This document shows, piece by piece, positions 1 to 8,499 of a stretch of 64,000 nucleotides of DNA; position 1 is the first letter of the stretch, and each line of letters begins with the position of its first letter. The stretch is from Salinivirgaceae bacterium (GTDB taxonomy: Bacteria; Bacteroidota; Bacteroidia; Bacteroidales; SZUA-534). Below the pieces are notes generated by a model. The model was not told the DNA's origin. It searched no databases and saw only the letters and a list, made by a program, of their open reading frames with translations. The DNA lies in assembly GCA_041664345.1 (NCBI GenBank), contig JBAYKX010000019.1, forward strand, positions 13,033-77,032. The letters run 5' to 3'. The position numbers and the translations under genes are program-made.

Positions 1-201
1 TACAAGGTGTTTACCTTAATTTTTTGCTTTATACCCAAATTGAGCGATTTGCAATAGTAAATCATACTACTTACAATTCAAAAACTAAATTCGAGTAATA
101 GGTTATAATTTAAAATAAAAGCAAGGCGTTTAATTTTAAAATGAAATAAAAGCTCCTCAATTATTTTATTTAAATACTATTGTATCGTACAAAATAATAG
201 T

Positions 202-209
202 TACTTTTG
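202..209 (+). promoter_or_regulatory. Candidate Bacteroidota -7 promoter box (TACTTTTG) for the lysC leader
   Basis: Matches the TAnnTTTG consensus of Bacteroidota primary-sigma promoters. It lies about 190 nt upstream of the lysC start, which implies a long leader. Confidence 0.3.
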
Positions 210-315
210 GCACAAGTTTAAAAATGAGCTAGGTTAAATTAAAACTTTTATGAAGCAGATAAACAGGGCTATTTCCCATAAATTTTTGCTGTTTTAAACC
301 CCCGATTGTTGAAGA

Positions 316-372
316 ATGAAAAAAAGAAATAAAATTTAAGGTCAGGGTTAAAAGCTCTGACCTTTCCTATTT
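316..372 (+). promoter_or_regulatory. Candidate leader mini-ORF (MKKRNKI, 316..339) overlapping a terminator-like hairpin (338..364) upstream of lysC
   Basis: The codons read ATG AAA AAA AGA AAT AAA ATT TAA. The stop overlaps the 5' arm of the hairpin aaggtcaggg/ctctgacctt, which is followed by the T-rich tcctattt. The lysC GTG start is at 396. Confidence 0.25.
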
Positions 373-395
373 ATAAACTTTAAAATCAATAAAAA

Positions 396-1712
396 GTGCA
401 CGTATTAAAATTTGGCGGAACCTCAGTTGGATCTGCTCAGCGAATAAAAGAAGTAGCAAATTTGATCAATGATGGTCAACCAAAAATAGTAGTTCTTTCC
501 GCTATGACTGGTACCACCAATGCATTGGTTGAAATAGCAGACTACCTCTATAAAAAGAATCATGATGGTGCAAATGAAAAGATTGTTGCATTAGAAAAAA
601 AGTACGATAGTGTTGTTGATGAGCTTTTTGAAAGTGCTGATTTTAAAGAAAAAGGAATTGAACTCATAAAGGCCCATTTTGATTATTTGCATTCATTTAC
701 CCGCGATTTGTTTACCCTTTTTGAAGAGAAGGAATTATTGGCTCAAGGAGAATTGCTTTCAACAGCATTGATGCAGTTTCATTTAGAAGAGCGCGGTATT
801 AAATCAAATTTAATATCAGCCCTGAATTTTATGCGCATTGATAAAGAAGGAGAACCTGATGATTTTTATATCAAAGAAAACCTAAAACGGGAACTAAATC
901 AGTTAGGTGAATACTATTTAGTAATAACTCAAGGTTTTATATGTCGCAATGCACACGGTCTTATTGATAATCTTCAGCGAGGTGGTTCCGACTATTCTGC
1001 TTCAATTATGGGAGCGGCTATTCAGGCAGAAGAGATTCAGATTTGGACCGATATTGATGGGGTTCATACCAATGATCCTCGGGTAGTTGAAAAGACACAT
1101 GCCATTTCGGAATTGTCGTTCGATGAGGCGGCAGAATTGGCTTATTTTGGAGCTAAAATATTGCATCCTACTTGTATTACTCCTGCTAAAATTGCGAATA
1201 TTCCGGTTCGTATAAAAAATACGCTAGACTCAAAGGCTCCCGGAACTTTAATTACCAGTTCGTGCAACAAACAACGGATTCGTGCTATTGCGGCTAAAGA
1301 TGGCATTACGGCTATTAAAATTAAAAGCGGTAGAATGCTCATGGCTCATGGTTTTTTGCGTAAGGTTTTCGAAATATTTGAAACCTATAAAACTTCCATT
1401 GATATGATAACTACCTCTGAAGTAGGTGTTTCGGTAACTATAGATAGTGACAAATATCTGGTGGATATTATTGAAGATTTAAAAAAATATGGAACGGTTG
1501 AAGTAGATAAAAATCAGGTAATTATATGTGTTGTTGGTGATTTGATTGCAGAAAACAAGGGAATTGCTGCCAGTGTTTTTAACGCGGTTAAGGATGTTCC
1601 ATTGCGCATGATATCGTATGGTGGCAGCGACCACAATATATCAATGTTGGTAAAAGCTGAATATAAAAAACAAGCCTTAGTGGAGTTAAGCAAAAATCTT
1701 TTTAACAGTTAG
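396..1712 (+). CDS. lysC: Aspartate kinase
   Basis: 438 aa with a GTG start. The N-terminal KFGGTSVG kinase motif, amino-acid-kinase fold motifs and C-terminal ACT-like region are typical of monofunctional aspartokinase. Confidence 0.9.
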   Translation: MHVLKFGGTSVGSAQRIKEVANLINDGQPKIVVLSAMTGTTNALVEIADYLYKKNHDGANEKIVALEKKYDSVVDELFESADFKEKGIELIKAHFDYLHSFTRDLFTLFEEKELLAQGELLSTALMQFHLEERGIKSNLISALNFMRIDKEGEPDDFYIKENLKRELNQLGEYYLVITQGFICRNAHGLIDNLQRGGSDYSASIMGAAIQAEEIQIWTDIDGVHTNDPRVVEKTHAISELSFDEAAELAYFGAKILHPTCITPAKIANIPVRIKNTLDSKAPGTLITSSCNKQRIRAIAAKDGITAIKIKSGRMLMAHGFLRKVFEIFETYKTSIDMITTSEVGVSVTIDSDKYLVDIIEDLKKYGTVEVDKNQVIICVVGDLIAENKGIAASVFNAVKDVPLRMISYGGSDHNISMLVKAEYKKQALVELSKNLFNS

Positions 1713-1724
1713 AAATATTTTTTT

Positions 1725-2870
1725 TTGATGAAGTGTGATTTAGATCAATTTAGACAGTTAAAAACCCCTTTTTACTGGTACGATATAGAGTTATTAAAAC
1801 AAACGTTAGCTGTTGTTAAAAAGGAATCTCAACGTTATGGATATCATGTTCATTATGCTGTTAAAGCAAATGCCAACGACCAGATTTTAAAAACGATAAA
1901 TTCATATAAATTTGGTGCTGATTGTGTGAGCGGAAATGAAGTGCTTGCATCATTAAATGCTGGATTTAAACCCAATGAGGTAGTTTTTGCCGGTGTTGGT
2001 AAATCGGACGATGAAATTAAAATTGGGTTAGCTAATAACATCTATTGCTTTAATGTAGAGTCAATTCCCGAGCTTGAAATTATTAATGAATTTGCGGCAG
2101 CAGCTAAAAAGATTGCTAGTGTGGCATTGCGCATTAACCCAAATGTAAATGCATCAACCCACCATTACATAACCACTGGTCTGGAAGAGAACAAATTTGG
2201 AATTAATATGTGGGAGATGGAAGATGTATTAAAAGCATTGGAAAAACTTCCTAATATCCAACTAAAAGGATTACATTTTCATATCGGAAGCCAGATTACC
2301 GATCTTCAAGCATTTAAGGGTTTATGCATCCGGGTGAATGAGATTCAACAATGGTTTTTTGCTCATCATGTAATTGTCGATCACATTAATGTGGGAGGTG
2401 GGTTAGGTGTTAATTATACTGAACCGGAAAAAGAACTTATTCCTGATTTTGCAACTTACTTTCAAATATTTCATGATTTTCTGGAGGTGCTTCCCAAGCA
2501 ATCGATTCATTTTGAACTTGGTAGAGCTTTGGTAGCACAATGTGGCAGTTTAATTACCAAAGTACTTTATATTAAAAGAGGGGTGCAAACCAATTTTGCT
2601 ATTGTAGATGCTGGAATGACGGAACTAATTAGACCGGCGCTATATCAAGCAGTGCATAAAATTGAAAATTTATCTTCAAAATTACCAGAAGCAAAATATG
2701 ATGTGGTTGGACCCATTTGTGAATCGTCTGATTTTTTTGCTAAGGCCTTGATGTTACCAGAAACCCAACGTGGTGATTTGTTATCAATACGCAGTGCTGG
2801 AGCTTATGGCGAGGTGATGTCGTCGGAGTATAATCTGCGGACTAAGGCGATTGCTTATTATTCTGAGTAA
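1725..2870 (+). CDS. lysA: Diaminopimelate decarboxylase
   Basis: Group IV PLP decarboxylase motifs are present: HYAVKAN (PLP lysine), GGGLGV and CESSD. It sits 13 nt after lysC. The ATG at 1728 is probably the true start. Confidence 0.9.
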   Translation: MMKCDLDQFRQLKTPFYWYDIELLKQTLAVVKKESQRYGYHVHYAVKANANDQILKTINSYKFGADCVSGNEVLASLNAGFKPNEVVFAGVGKSDDEIKIGLANNIYCFNVESIPELEIINEFAAAAKKIASVALRINPNVNASTHHYITTGLEENKFGINMWEMEDVLKALEKLPNIQLKGLHFHIGSQITDLQAFKGLCIRVNEIQQWFFAHHVIVDHINVGGGLGVNYTEPEKELIPDFATYFQIFHDFLEVLPKQSIHFELGRALVAQCGSLITKVLYIKRGVQTNFAIVDAGMTELIRPALYQAVHKIENLSSKLPEAKYDVVGPICESSDFFAKALMLPETQRGDLLSIRSAGAYGEVMSSEYNLRTKAIAYYSE

Positions 2871-2915
2871 ATGGAATATTGTAGCGATTGAATTTTAATT
2901 CATTGATTTGAAATA

Positions 2916-2948
2916 GAAAAGCCCCTCCAACACTGCGGGGGGCTTTTC
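2916..2948. terminator. Bidirectional intrinsic terminator hairpin
   Basis: The stem is gaaaagcccc ... ggggcttttc, flanked by A and T runs, downstream of lysA. Confidence 0.7.
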
Positions 2949-2966
2949 AAATTTACATCAGTTCAA

Positions 2967-3095
2967 TTATTGTTTTACTATTCTTTCAATTCTTGAGTTG
3001 TGATTCGCATCGGTAATGGTTACAAAATAGATTCCATTCTGTAGTTCGGTTGTTGGAATTACTACAGAATTCGAAGTAAATTTGGTAATGGTCAT
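2967..3095 (-). pseudogene. Remnant of a T9SS C-terminal sorting domain (42 codons, orphan)
   Basis: The minus-strand translation MTITKFTSNSVVIPTTELQNGIYFVTITDANHNSRIERIVKQ* has the ...L..GIYFV.I.....K.. ending typical of Por/T9SS CTDs. There is no upstream cargo domain, because the cvfB-like gene ends at 3106. Confidence 0.5.
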
Positions 3096-3105
3096 CAACT
3101 TATGG

Positions 3106-3942
3106 TTACAATTTAATCAATACTATTTTATCTGTTTCAAGGGCAATTTTTTTCTTCCGGTACAGCAAACCAATTGCTTTTTTGAAATCCTTTTTCGACA
3201 TTTGGAAAAAGCTGTAAATATCCTCTGGTGAGCTTTTATCGGAATAAGGGAGTACGCCTTTATTCTTTTTTAACAATTCCAAAATAGCATCAGCCATTGA
3301 ACCAATTTTATCGTACCCTTGTTTTTGTAAGCTGAGGTCTATTTTATCGTCTTCACGCATCTTTTTGATGTAACCTTTCAGTTTTTGTCCTCTTTTTAGT
3401 GGCTGAAAAACTTCATTTTTATAAAGCAGGCCTGTGTGGGTGTTATTTATAACAGCAACAAAACCAATATCGCTCTGGTTACTGATAAGCAAATCCACTT
3501 CCTGTCCTTCAGTATATTCGGGTGGGGTATTATCTAGAAATTTGTCGAGTTTTGAAGAGGCTACAATCCGTTGGCTTTCGTGGTCGATATAAACATAAAC
3601 CAGGTAGTATTTTCCCGCCTCCATATCCTGTTTTTGTTCCCGAAAGGGTACAAGCAAGTGTTTATCTAATCCCCAATCAAGCCATGCACCAACCCGGTCA
3701 ACCGTAAGTACTTTCAATACGGCAAATTCATCAATTTCCGCCAAAGGTTCTTTGCTGGTAGCAATTAGGCGGTCTTCGGAATCCTTATAAAGAAATACGT
3801 CAAGCCGATCTCCTATTTGTGCGGTTGGTGGCACCTGACTGGTTGGCAACAGAATCTCACCTAATTCGTGGCCATCGAGATATACCCCAAAATCGAGCCG
3901 CTTTACTATTTGTAATTCGTTGTATTTGCCTAATTGTGCCAT
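3106..3942 (-). CDS. S1-like RNA-binding protein (CvfB/YitL family)
   Basis: 278 aa. Repeated S1-like segments (GKYNELQIVKRLDFGVYLDG..., EFAVLKVLTVDRVGAWLDWG...) and a C-terminal winged-helix-like tail are typical of the family. Confidence 0.7.
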   Translation of the reverse strand: MAQLGKYNELQIVKRLDFGVYLDGHELGEILLPTSQVPPTAQIGDRLDVFLYKDSEDRLIATSKEPLAEIDEFAVLKVLTVDRVGAWLDWGLDKHLLVPFREQKQDMEAGKYYLVYVYIDHESQRIVASSKLDKFLDNTPPEYTEGQEVDLLISNQSDIGFVAVINNTHTGLLYKNEVFQPLKRGQKLKGYIKKMREDDKIDLSLQKQGYDKIGSMADAILELLKKNKGVLPYSDKSSPEDIYSFFQMSKKDFKKAIGLLYRKKKIALETDKIVLIKL

Positions 3943-4029
3943 GGTTGGTGGGTTATATATTTTTGTTCATTAATTCTTGGGGTTGTACCCTAAGTTTTGT
4001 TCTTTAAGCCTTACAGGCTTTTTTCCTTA

Positions 4030-5202
4030 TTATTTCAAAGTAATAAATTCCCGCAGGTTCGATTTCAGTATTTTTTCAATTTCCTGATAATTGTCTTCCC
4101 GGGTTTCAGTAAATAGAATTCCAAACAATGGATATTCTTTCCAATTAGTTTTTCTCAAGTCGAGCACCTTTTCAAAAGAATTAATCAATACAGCATAATT
4201 GAAGGATTCAATTTGTGATGCGGTATTTCCTGTAGAATTATCGAGAAGTACCATACAATATTTTTTACCCTGCTTTTCATGCAGCAACTCAATCCAATTA
4301 GGTTTTAGTTGGTTACAATAATAAAGGTATGGATTCATTCCAAAAGCGTGAGTGGTTAAATCAGCAGTGGTACACCATCCACCAAAGCGCATGGGATTTA
4401 CCTCAATTGGATTAATAGTACCATCTTTAGGAACTCTGATTTCGACATGTACCGGAAAATTTTTAAGCCGGGCTCTTTTCCCTATTTCGTTTAGGAAATT
4501 AGTGAAAGATTCCAGATTTTCTTCTATTAAATCCTTTGAAGTATAATATACCCTATCGCTTACATCGGCATCCGACGAAAATAAATGTTTAAATATGCCT
4601 ACAATAACAGCCTCGCCCAATGAATTGAAATAAGCATCGATAGCAAATTCTTCGCCTTCAATAAACTGCTCGATAACAAAAGTACGGGTATCAACTACTT
4701 CGGTAGGATAGAGGTTGTGTATATTTTGAATGGAATGAACGATGTTTTTCTTAACAGTTAACCATTGCATCGAATTTTCAACTTTATAAACATCTAAGCT
4801 GAAAAAACCTACATTGGGTTTAATAATGAAAGGCATTGGAATTTGACTTATGTCCAGATTTTCAATAGCTTCTAACGAAACTTCTTTGTAAAAAAAATTG
4901 GGGAACAAATCACTTACCAGTTTTCGGAATTTGGCTTTGTTTTTAAAAAGCTCAATTTTTTCGGGTAGATGGGTGTGTTTTAAATTAGTAACAATCCAGT
5001 GAATAGCATTTTCGGAATTGCTATAGAGTAACGGATATTCTTTTGAATTCAGTTCAATAATTGCTTGTTCCGGTTCAATAAAATTTGTATTTGAAGGACA
5101 ATCCAGCCATTCCATGGATTGATTGGTAATTAATGGCAATTGGTGATTCGCAATAGTTTTCAGTAATAAATCAGAAACATACGGTTTGTCGAGTACTATC
5201 AT
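4030..5202 (-). CDS. ATP-grasp domain protein, substrate unknown
   Basis: 390 aa. ATP-grasp-like segments are present: FIIKPNVGFFS, IEQFIEGEEFAIDAYF and VEVNPMRFGG. Confidence 0.6.
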   Translation of the reverse strand: MIVLDKPYVSDLLLKTIANHQLPLITNQSMEWLDCPSNTNFIEPEQAIIELNSKEYPLLYSNSENAIHWIVTNLKHTHLPEKIELFKNKAKFRKLVSDLFPNFFYKEVSLEAIENLDISQIPMPFIIKPNVGFFSLDVYKVENSMQWLTVKKNIVHSIQNIHNLYPTEVVDTRTFVIEQFIEGEEFAIDAYFNSLGEAVIVGIFKHLFSSDADVSDRVYYTSKDLIEENLESFTNFLNEIGKRARLKNFPVHVEIRVPKDGTINPIEVNPMRFGGWCTTADLTTHAFGMNPYLYYCNQLKPNWIELLHEKQGKKYCMVLLDNSTGNTASQIESFNYAVLINSFEKVLDLRKTNWKEYPLFGILFTETREDNYQEIEKILKSNLREFITLK

Positions 5203-5251
5203 TTGGCTTTTTTAATAAGCTGCAAAAATAGCAAATAAATTATTAAAGTTA

Positions 5252-5339
5252 GAAGTATTTAGACTACTTAGAGTATTTAGAGTCAAGAGATTTTAACCAC
5301 TTTAAATACTTTAAGTACTCAAGGCACTTTAAATACTTC
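5252..5339. repeat. Long imperfect palindrome built from AGTATTTA / TAAGTACT words
   Basis: The outer arms are gaagtattta (5252..5261) and taaatacttc (5330..5339), with degenerate complementary inner arms. It abuts the stop of the 5339..5764 gene. Related words occur at 46541..46560 and 52755..52784. Confidence 0.6.
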
Positions 5340-5764
5340 TAATACACTTTCAATGTATCCTGCAAAATGGTATCATCGTATTTAATGGCTCTTAAAATGT
5401 AATTTCGTGCAGCTGTGGGTTTAAAGCTGAAAGTAGCAATGCTGTCGGGCAAATTGTCAGGACAGGTGCACCCTTGATAATCAGCAATTACATGTATGCT
5501 CATCGTATCGGCATTCCATGGTGTGTAAATAGTATTCAGTTTACTGCAGTTTGAATAGGTTGCGTAAATAACTTTTATAATTGCGGTAGAGTCTTTTGCA
5601 ATTGAATCGGGTAATTCAAAACGCATAACGGGAACTTCTAATTGATTGAAGCAATCTCCTTCCAATTTACAGTTATTCATAATTGCTGTAATTCCAATAA
5701 GCACAGCAATAAATAAAGTTAGTTTTAATTTTCGCATCGTTGAATAGTTTAAAATGAGGTACAA
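5339..5764 (-). CDS. Hypothetical lipoprotein
   Basis: The probable start is MRKLKLTLFIAVLIGITAIMNNC (about 5737), which carries a signal peptide with a lipobox Cys. I recognise no family. Confidence 0.5.
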   Translation of the reverse strand: MYLILNYSTMRKLKLTLFIAVLIGITAIMNNCKLEGDCFNQLEVPVMRFELPDSIAKDSTAIIKVIYATYSNCSKLNTIYTPWNADTMSIHVIADYQGCTCPDNLPDSIATFSFKPTAARNYILRAIKYDDTILQDTLKVY

Positions 5765-5792
5765 TAATTATTAGTAATGTGATTAAAATGCC

Positions 5793-6917
5793 TTAACAAA
5801 GTGGTTTGGTAAATATCCGGTACCTTTTATAAACAGTTCCGCCTATTCGTTCCAGTTCAGCTCTCATTTTGGTATTGGTTTCCAATACCAAATGGCTGTC
5901 AATGTATTCTAATTTTGCAGCGTGAGCCTCCTGCAATAATTTAACGCCAAGCACTGCATCTAAGCCCGTATCGCGATAATCGGGTCGAATCCCTCCCAAC
6001 AATAAATTCAATTGTTTGGTGGTTTTCTGAGCACGTAAAATGTGGAATATCCCAAATGGAAATAAATAACCTTTACTTTTAATAATTCCAGGACTAATAT
6101 CGGGCATGGTAACAATAAATGCCACCAATTGGTTTTGTTGGTTTTCAATTACCTTTATAAACCGCGGATTAAGCAGGGATATGTAACGTTTAGCAAATTC
6201 CTCCATTTCCCTTTTTTCCATTGGTGCAAAAGCATAAATTTCTTGAAACGTTTCGTTAAGTAATTTAAGAACCGGAATTATGTATGGTTTTAATTCCTTT
6301 TGTGAATTGAATTCAATGGTATGGATATTATTGCTTACTAATCGGCGCTGATATATCTTTTCGTAAAGTTCAGGTATCACTTTAGGAATGTCGATTTTGT
6401 AAGTTAGCAAGTCCACTTTTTTTAAAAAACCAAGGTTATTTAACAATTCTACCTGATATCGTAAATTGCAGTTGGTTGCAATTACCAGCGATTGATCGAA
6501 CCCCTCAACCATCATTCCTTGCGGATCTTTATCGGAAAAGCTAAGAGGCCCAACCAAATTTTTCATGCCTTTTGAAACAGCCCATTCTTCCACATAATTG
6601 ATGAGTTCATTAGCAACATTCTGATTGTTATATGTTTCCATGAAAGCAAATCGGGCATCTTCTTCATGGTGGGCGTTATTGTATTTATGATTGATTAAAC
6701 CCAAAATGCGGCCTACCACTTTTTTATTTTCATAAGCTAAAAGCCTAATTGAATCGCAGTAATCAAAGGATCGGTTTTTTTTGGGGTCGAAAAATTTCCA
6801 TTCATCCATATAAATGGGAGGGACCCAATTGGAATGATTCTTATGTATTTTAGCTGGAAGATGAATAAAAGCCTTTAATTGTTCTCGTGTTTCGACTTCA
6901 ATTATTTCTATTTTCAT
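5793..6917 (-). CDS. GNAT-like acyltransferase family protein
   Basis: 374 aa. The N-terminal pattern F.HLPAKI....NWVPP...DEWKFFDPKKN recurs in a long GNAT-annotated family. It overlaps the upstream PAP2 gene by 4 nt. Confidence 0.45.
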   Translation of the reverse strand: MKIEIIEVETREQLKAFIHLPAKIHKNHSNWVPPIYMDEWKFFDPKKNRSFDYCDSIRLLAYENKKVVGRILGLINHKYNNAHHEEDARFAFMETYNNQNVANELINYVEEWAVSKGMKNLVGPLSFSDKDPQGMMVEGFDQSLVIATNCNLRYQVELLNNLGFLKKVDLLTYKIDIPKVIPELYEKIYQRRLVSNNIHTIEFNSQKELKPYIIPVLKLLNETFQEIYAFAPMEKREMEEFAKRYISLLNPRFIKVIENQQNQLVAFIVTMPDISPGIIKSKGYLFPFGIFHILRAQKTTKQLNLLLGGIRPDYRDTGLDAVLGVKLLQEAHAAKLEYIDSHLVLETNTKMRAELERIGGTVYKRYRIFTKPLC

Positions 6918-7873
6918 AACAGCATTTTTATTTTAGTATAAAGATTCAAAGATAATTTATAAACCATTGGAGCTGCTATAATTGCAACAAAAATATCAAT
7001 CACATAATGAGCCCGGATATAAACCGTAGATAAAATCAAAAGCAGCGCAACTGGAATTAAAAGCAGGAATATTTTTTTTGATTCGCGTAAAGTCATATAT
7101 ATTATTATCAAGCATAGGGCAACATGTGAACTTGGAAACGCCGCTGTTGGTGCTTCACCGATATGTTGAATGGTACGTATCAAAAATCCAAACAGGTAAC
7201 CGGGAGGTAGCGGATCCATATTTATGAAGTAAAATTGGGGGCCGGCAACGGGAATTATATCAAAGAACAAGTAAAAAATTAGAAACGATTGAATGATTAT
7301 AAAAACCATTTTTTCAGATGATTCAGCCCCTTTTTTAACATACCAAACAATAGGCAATCCTATAAGCATCAGGTAATAAGCAAAATATCCAAAATACATT
7401 GCTTCAGCAAAAATATTCGTTGGTACTTGCTTTGAAAACTCCAGTGCAGGCTGAATGCCAAAAATAGTTGCTTCGGTAGTTGCAATTAAAGGATCGAGGT
7501 CTTGCTTGAAAAACAAGTTGTTTAAAAAATCGGTTTCGGAATACAGAAAACCTAATAAGGCCAATGGATATAAAACCCTGAATGGTTTAATCCATGGTTT
7601 TAATGGAAGTAGGTTATCGTAAAGGGATGCAATGCTAACAATTAATACAATAAGGAAAAGGTGTACTGCTACTTTGAAAAAACCTCCTTCAATTGAATTT
7701 GCAAGCAGAATAGCAGGTATTAGGGTGATTAACAAATAAATGAGGAGCGAAAATTCAACCGGATTAAGTTGTTTTTTGAGTTGGATTATAAATGATTTTA
7801 GCATGGCTTTCATTGGGAAAACAAGAAATAAAAAAGGCCATTTTATAAAAACAGCCTTTATATGAAATAACAA
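6914..7873 (-). CDS. Polytopic PAP2-superfamily membrane protein (Aur1/sphingomyelin-synthase-like PAP2_3 type)
   Basis: It has multiple TM helices. The FPSSH and RAHYVID motifs resemble the C2/C3 motifs of the transferase-type PAP2 branch. The start is possibly MKAMLKS (about 7813). Confidence 0.6.
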   Translation of the reverse strand: MLFHIKAVFIKWPFLFLVFPMKAMLKSFIIQLKKQLNPVEFSLLIYLLITLIPAILLANSIEGGFFKVAVHLFLIVLIVSIASLYDNLLPLKPWIKPFRVLYPLALLGFLYSETDFLNNLFFKQDLDPLIATTEATIFGIQPALEFSKQVPTNIFAEAMYFGYFAYYLMLIGLPIVWYVKKGAESSEKMVFIIIQSFLIFYLFFDIIPVAGPQFYFINMDPLPPGYLFGFLIRTIQHIGEAPTAAFPSSHVALCLIIIYMTLRESKKIFLLLIPVALLLILSTVYIRAHYVIDIFVAIIAAPMVYKLSLNLYTKIKMLL

Positions 7874-7881
7874 AATTATAA

Positions 7882-8328
7882 TCAGTCGTCGGAATTCTGA
7901 TACCGTTTTTTACCTTTTTCAACAAACAGAAGTTCGTCTTCATCCAAATCGTCACCGGCAAATTTGAGTCGGATAGCCATCCAGTTATCATCAATTGGAA
8001 CTTGGGTAACCCCCTCTAAATCATAAGAATCAATCAATTCAAACAATGCATCTTTATCAAGGTCAGTTTCATACTCAGGTGATGTTTCTTTTGGAAAACA
8101 AAACCAAAAATAACCTCCGGTTTCAAGAGCACTTAGTGCATCAGGAACCAACTCATCTGCTTCTTCGGTGTCTTGAGCAAACACTTGTACATAATTGTAA
8201 TAATCCTCAATTTCCTGATGAATTTCAACGTTTAAATTAGTTACTAATTTTAAAAATTCGTCAGGGGCATTCATAATCAAGACAGGGTTTTTGCTTTCAA
8301 TATGAAGCTTTTTAAGTACTGGGTTCAT
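7882..8328 (-). CDS. Hypothetical acidic cytoplasmic protein
   Basis: 148 aa with coding-like composition. I cannot assign a family confidently. Confidence 0.5.
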   Translation of the reverse strand: MNPVLKKLHIESKNPVLIMNAPDEFLKLVTNLNVEIHQEIEDYYNYVQVFAQDTEEADELVPDALSALETGGYFWFCFPKETSPEYETDLDKDALFELIDSYDLEGVTQVPIDDNWMAIRLKFAGDDLDEDELLFVEKGKKRYQNSDD

Positions 8329-8499
8329 TTAAAATAAAAAATTAAAATTATGTTAAAATAAAGTTTAAAAAGCTGTATAAATTTTATAATTCGTAATTAA
8401 ATTAAAGGCTAAAAATAATGCATTAATTTTTTATTCTGCAACAAAATCTTCATCAGAATTTATTTTTGTCATTGGTAACCATTTATTAGTCAAATTTGT

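Noticed and set aside
100-395. Lysine (L-box) riboswitch upstream of lysC.
   Set aside because: I could not find the conserved L-box core elements or its multi-helix junction. The region is AT-rich with only one convincing hairpin. A cmsearch would be needed to be certain.
1142-1342. Many track ORFs overlap larger genes on the opposite strand. Examples are 1142..1342, 16404..16787, 21788..22282, 47384..47860, 53370..53726, 55229..55594 and 56171..56551.
   Set aside because: They are antisense or out-of-frame shadows of well-supported genes. They have low-complexity or odd composition, no recognisable motifs, and lengths typical of chance ORFs opposite codon-biased genes.
7764-7994. A 76-aa ORF bridging the PAP2 gene start and the upstream acidic-protein gene.
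   Set aside because: It overlaps both neighbours out of frame, has no motifs, and is better explained as a chance ORF.
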